The position numbers and the translations under genes were made by a program. The notes under the pieces were generated by a model. The model saw only the letters and a list, made by a program, of their open reading frames with translations. It did no database searches and was not told the DNA's origin. A stretch of DNA of 64,000 nt, from positions 4,896,001-4,960,000 of the forward strand of contig CBDCNP010000002.1 of NCBI GenBank assembly GCA_965219415.1. Reading direction: 5' to 3'. Positions within the stretch are counted from its first letter, which is position 1. Every line of letters begins with the position of its first letter. Positions 63,076 to 64,000 of the stretch are shown one piece after another. This stretch comes from Candidatus Marinacidobacterales bacterium. Lineage in GTDB: Bacteria > Acidobacteriota > Vicinamibacteria > Marinacidobacterales > DATDRI01.

Positions 63076-64000
63076 TCAACCTCCATTAGTTCCTTCTGGG
63101 AAAAAGCGCCGTAGGGACTCGCTCGAAACAGGTTGTCCCAACGGCGTTAAGGTAAACATGAGTAGCCCGGAAATAAACAGTCCGGGCAGAATCGGGTGGA
63201 CGACCTTGGCCCAAGACACATCGGCCAGGGTGAGTACCGTCCAAACCGCGGTCGTGAGTCCCCCCCAGACGCAAGACGCTACCGCCGCTTGCCTGGAAAC
63301 GCGGCAGTTCGTCAGGCCGACGAGCAGCGGGAAAAAGAAACTGGCCCCGACAATGGCGAGGGCGTAGGCGACCAGCTCTAATATTAGCGCAACATCGGGC
63401 ACCGAGCCGAAAAACGCCAAGGCGCCGCCGACGAGAATCGTATAGCGAGAAATGCGCAGGTAGTAGCGTTCGTCCCGGACGATTCCGCGCGGCTCATGCA
63501 CGCACTTCCTCACCACGTCGTGGGCGATGGCGGCACCCGACATGAGTAGCAGCGAATCGGTGGTCGACATGATGGCGCACGCGACACCGGTAAGTGCGAT
63601 CGCCGCGAGGGCCGGGGTGAGCGTTTGCGCCACCAGAGCCGGGAACGCCTGATCAGGAGTCGCGATCGAGTCCCAGACCAGAACCCTCGCCGCCGCTCCC
63701 AAGTAGACGCCGGTGAAAACCAGCAGACCCATGACGATCAAAGCCGTCCATGGGAGGGCGCGCCGGGCAACTTTGTCATCGCGCGCGGCGAAGACCTTGG
63801 TGACCAACTCGAGTCGAGTGCTGTAGGCGACGAGCACCAAGATGTACCAGGAAAGTAGGAACGTCCAAGACCAGGTCACGCCGGTCGGTGAGGTCCAGCC
63901 GGGGGCCACCTCTTCAACCTTGAGAAGCACCTCGAACCATCCTCCTGCCGCGCTGGAGACGCCCACCGCCACGACGATGAGCCCCAACCACATCATCAAG
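63076..64000 (-). CDS. Sodium:solute symporter family protein (partial, 5' end outside the window)
   Basis: Multiple TM helices; DQAFP and AIMSTTDSLLL...HD motifs. Confidence 0.85.
   Translation of the reverse strand, partial: LMMWLGLIVVAVGVSSAAGGWFEVLLKVEEVAPGWTSPTGVTWSWTFLLSWYILVLVAYSTRLELVTKVFAARDDKVARRALPWTALIVMGLLVFTGVYLGAAARVLVWDSIATPDQAFPALVAQTLTPALAAIALTGVACAIMSTTDSLLLMSGAAIAHDVVRKCVHEPRGIVRDERYYLRISRYTILVGGALAFFGSVPDVALILELVAYALAIVGASFFFPLLVGLTNCRVSRQAAVASCVWGGLTTAVWTVLTLADVSWAKVVHPILPGLFISGLLMFTLTPLGQPVSSESLRRFFPEGTNGG

Overview
GC-rich bacterial window that is a mosaic rather than ordinary chromosome. Roughly 20 unrelated passenger segments are stitched together, mostly at insertion-sequence ends. 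They include housekeeping pieces (pxpABC, mpg, rmuC, a MinD/FlhG-like ATPase, two GT-C-like membrane proteins, hydrolases) and many whole or broken defence genes. Mobile DNA comprises three integrase-core (rve-type DDE) element families, here called A, B and C, three full IS1-family copies, one IS5 (IS903 group), IS110/IS1111, IS256 and probable IS1595 relics, many MITEs and orphan ends, and a broken DUF2924/large serine recombinase element. None of the eight full-length IS copies has a target-site duplication. The best intact candidate systems are: (1) a translationally coupled DUF1998-type helicase-nuclease / SNF2 / N6-adenine methyltransferase operon (21721-33523); (2) a Phd - unknown - VapC three-gene operon with a consensus leaderless promoter (2029-3710); (3) an AT-richer small protein / degenerate NTase-like / HEPN / micropeptide module next to a probable IS1595-type end (59630-60887). 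No rRNA, tRNA or CRISPR array was seen. Family assignments come from motifs read by eye, not from database searches.
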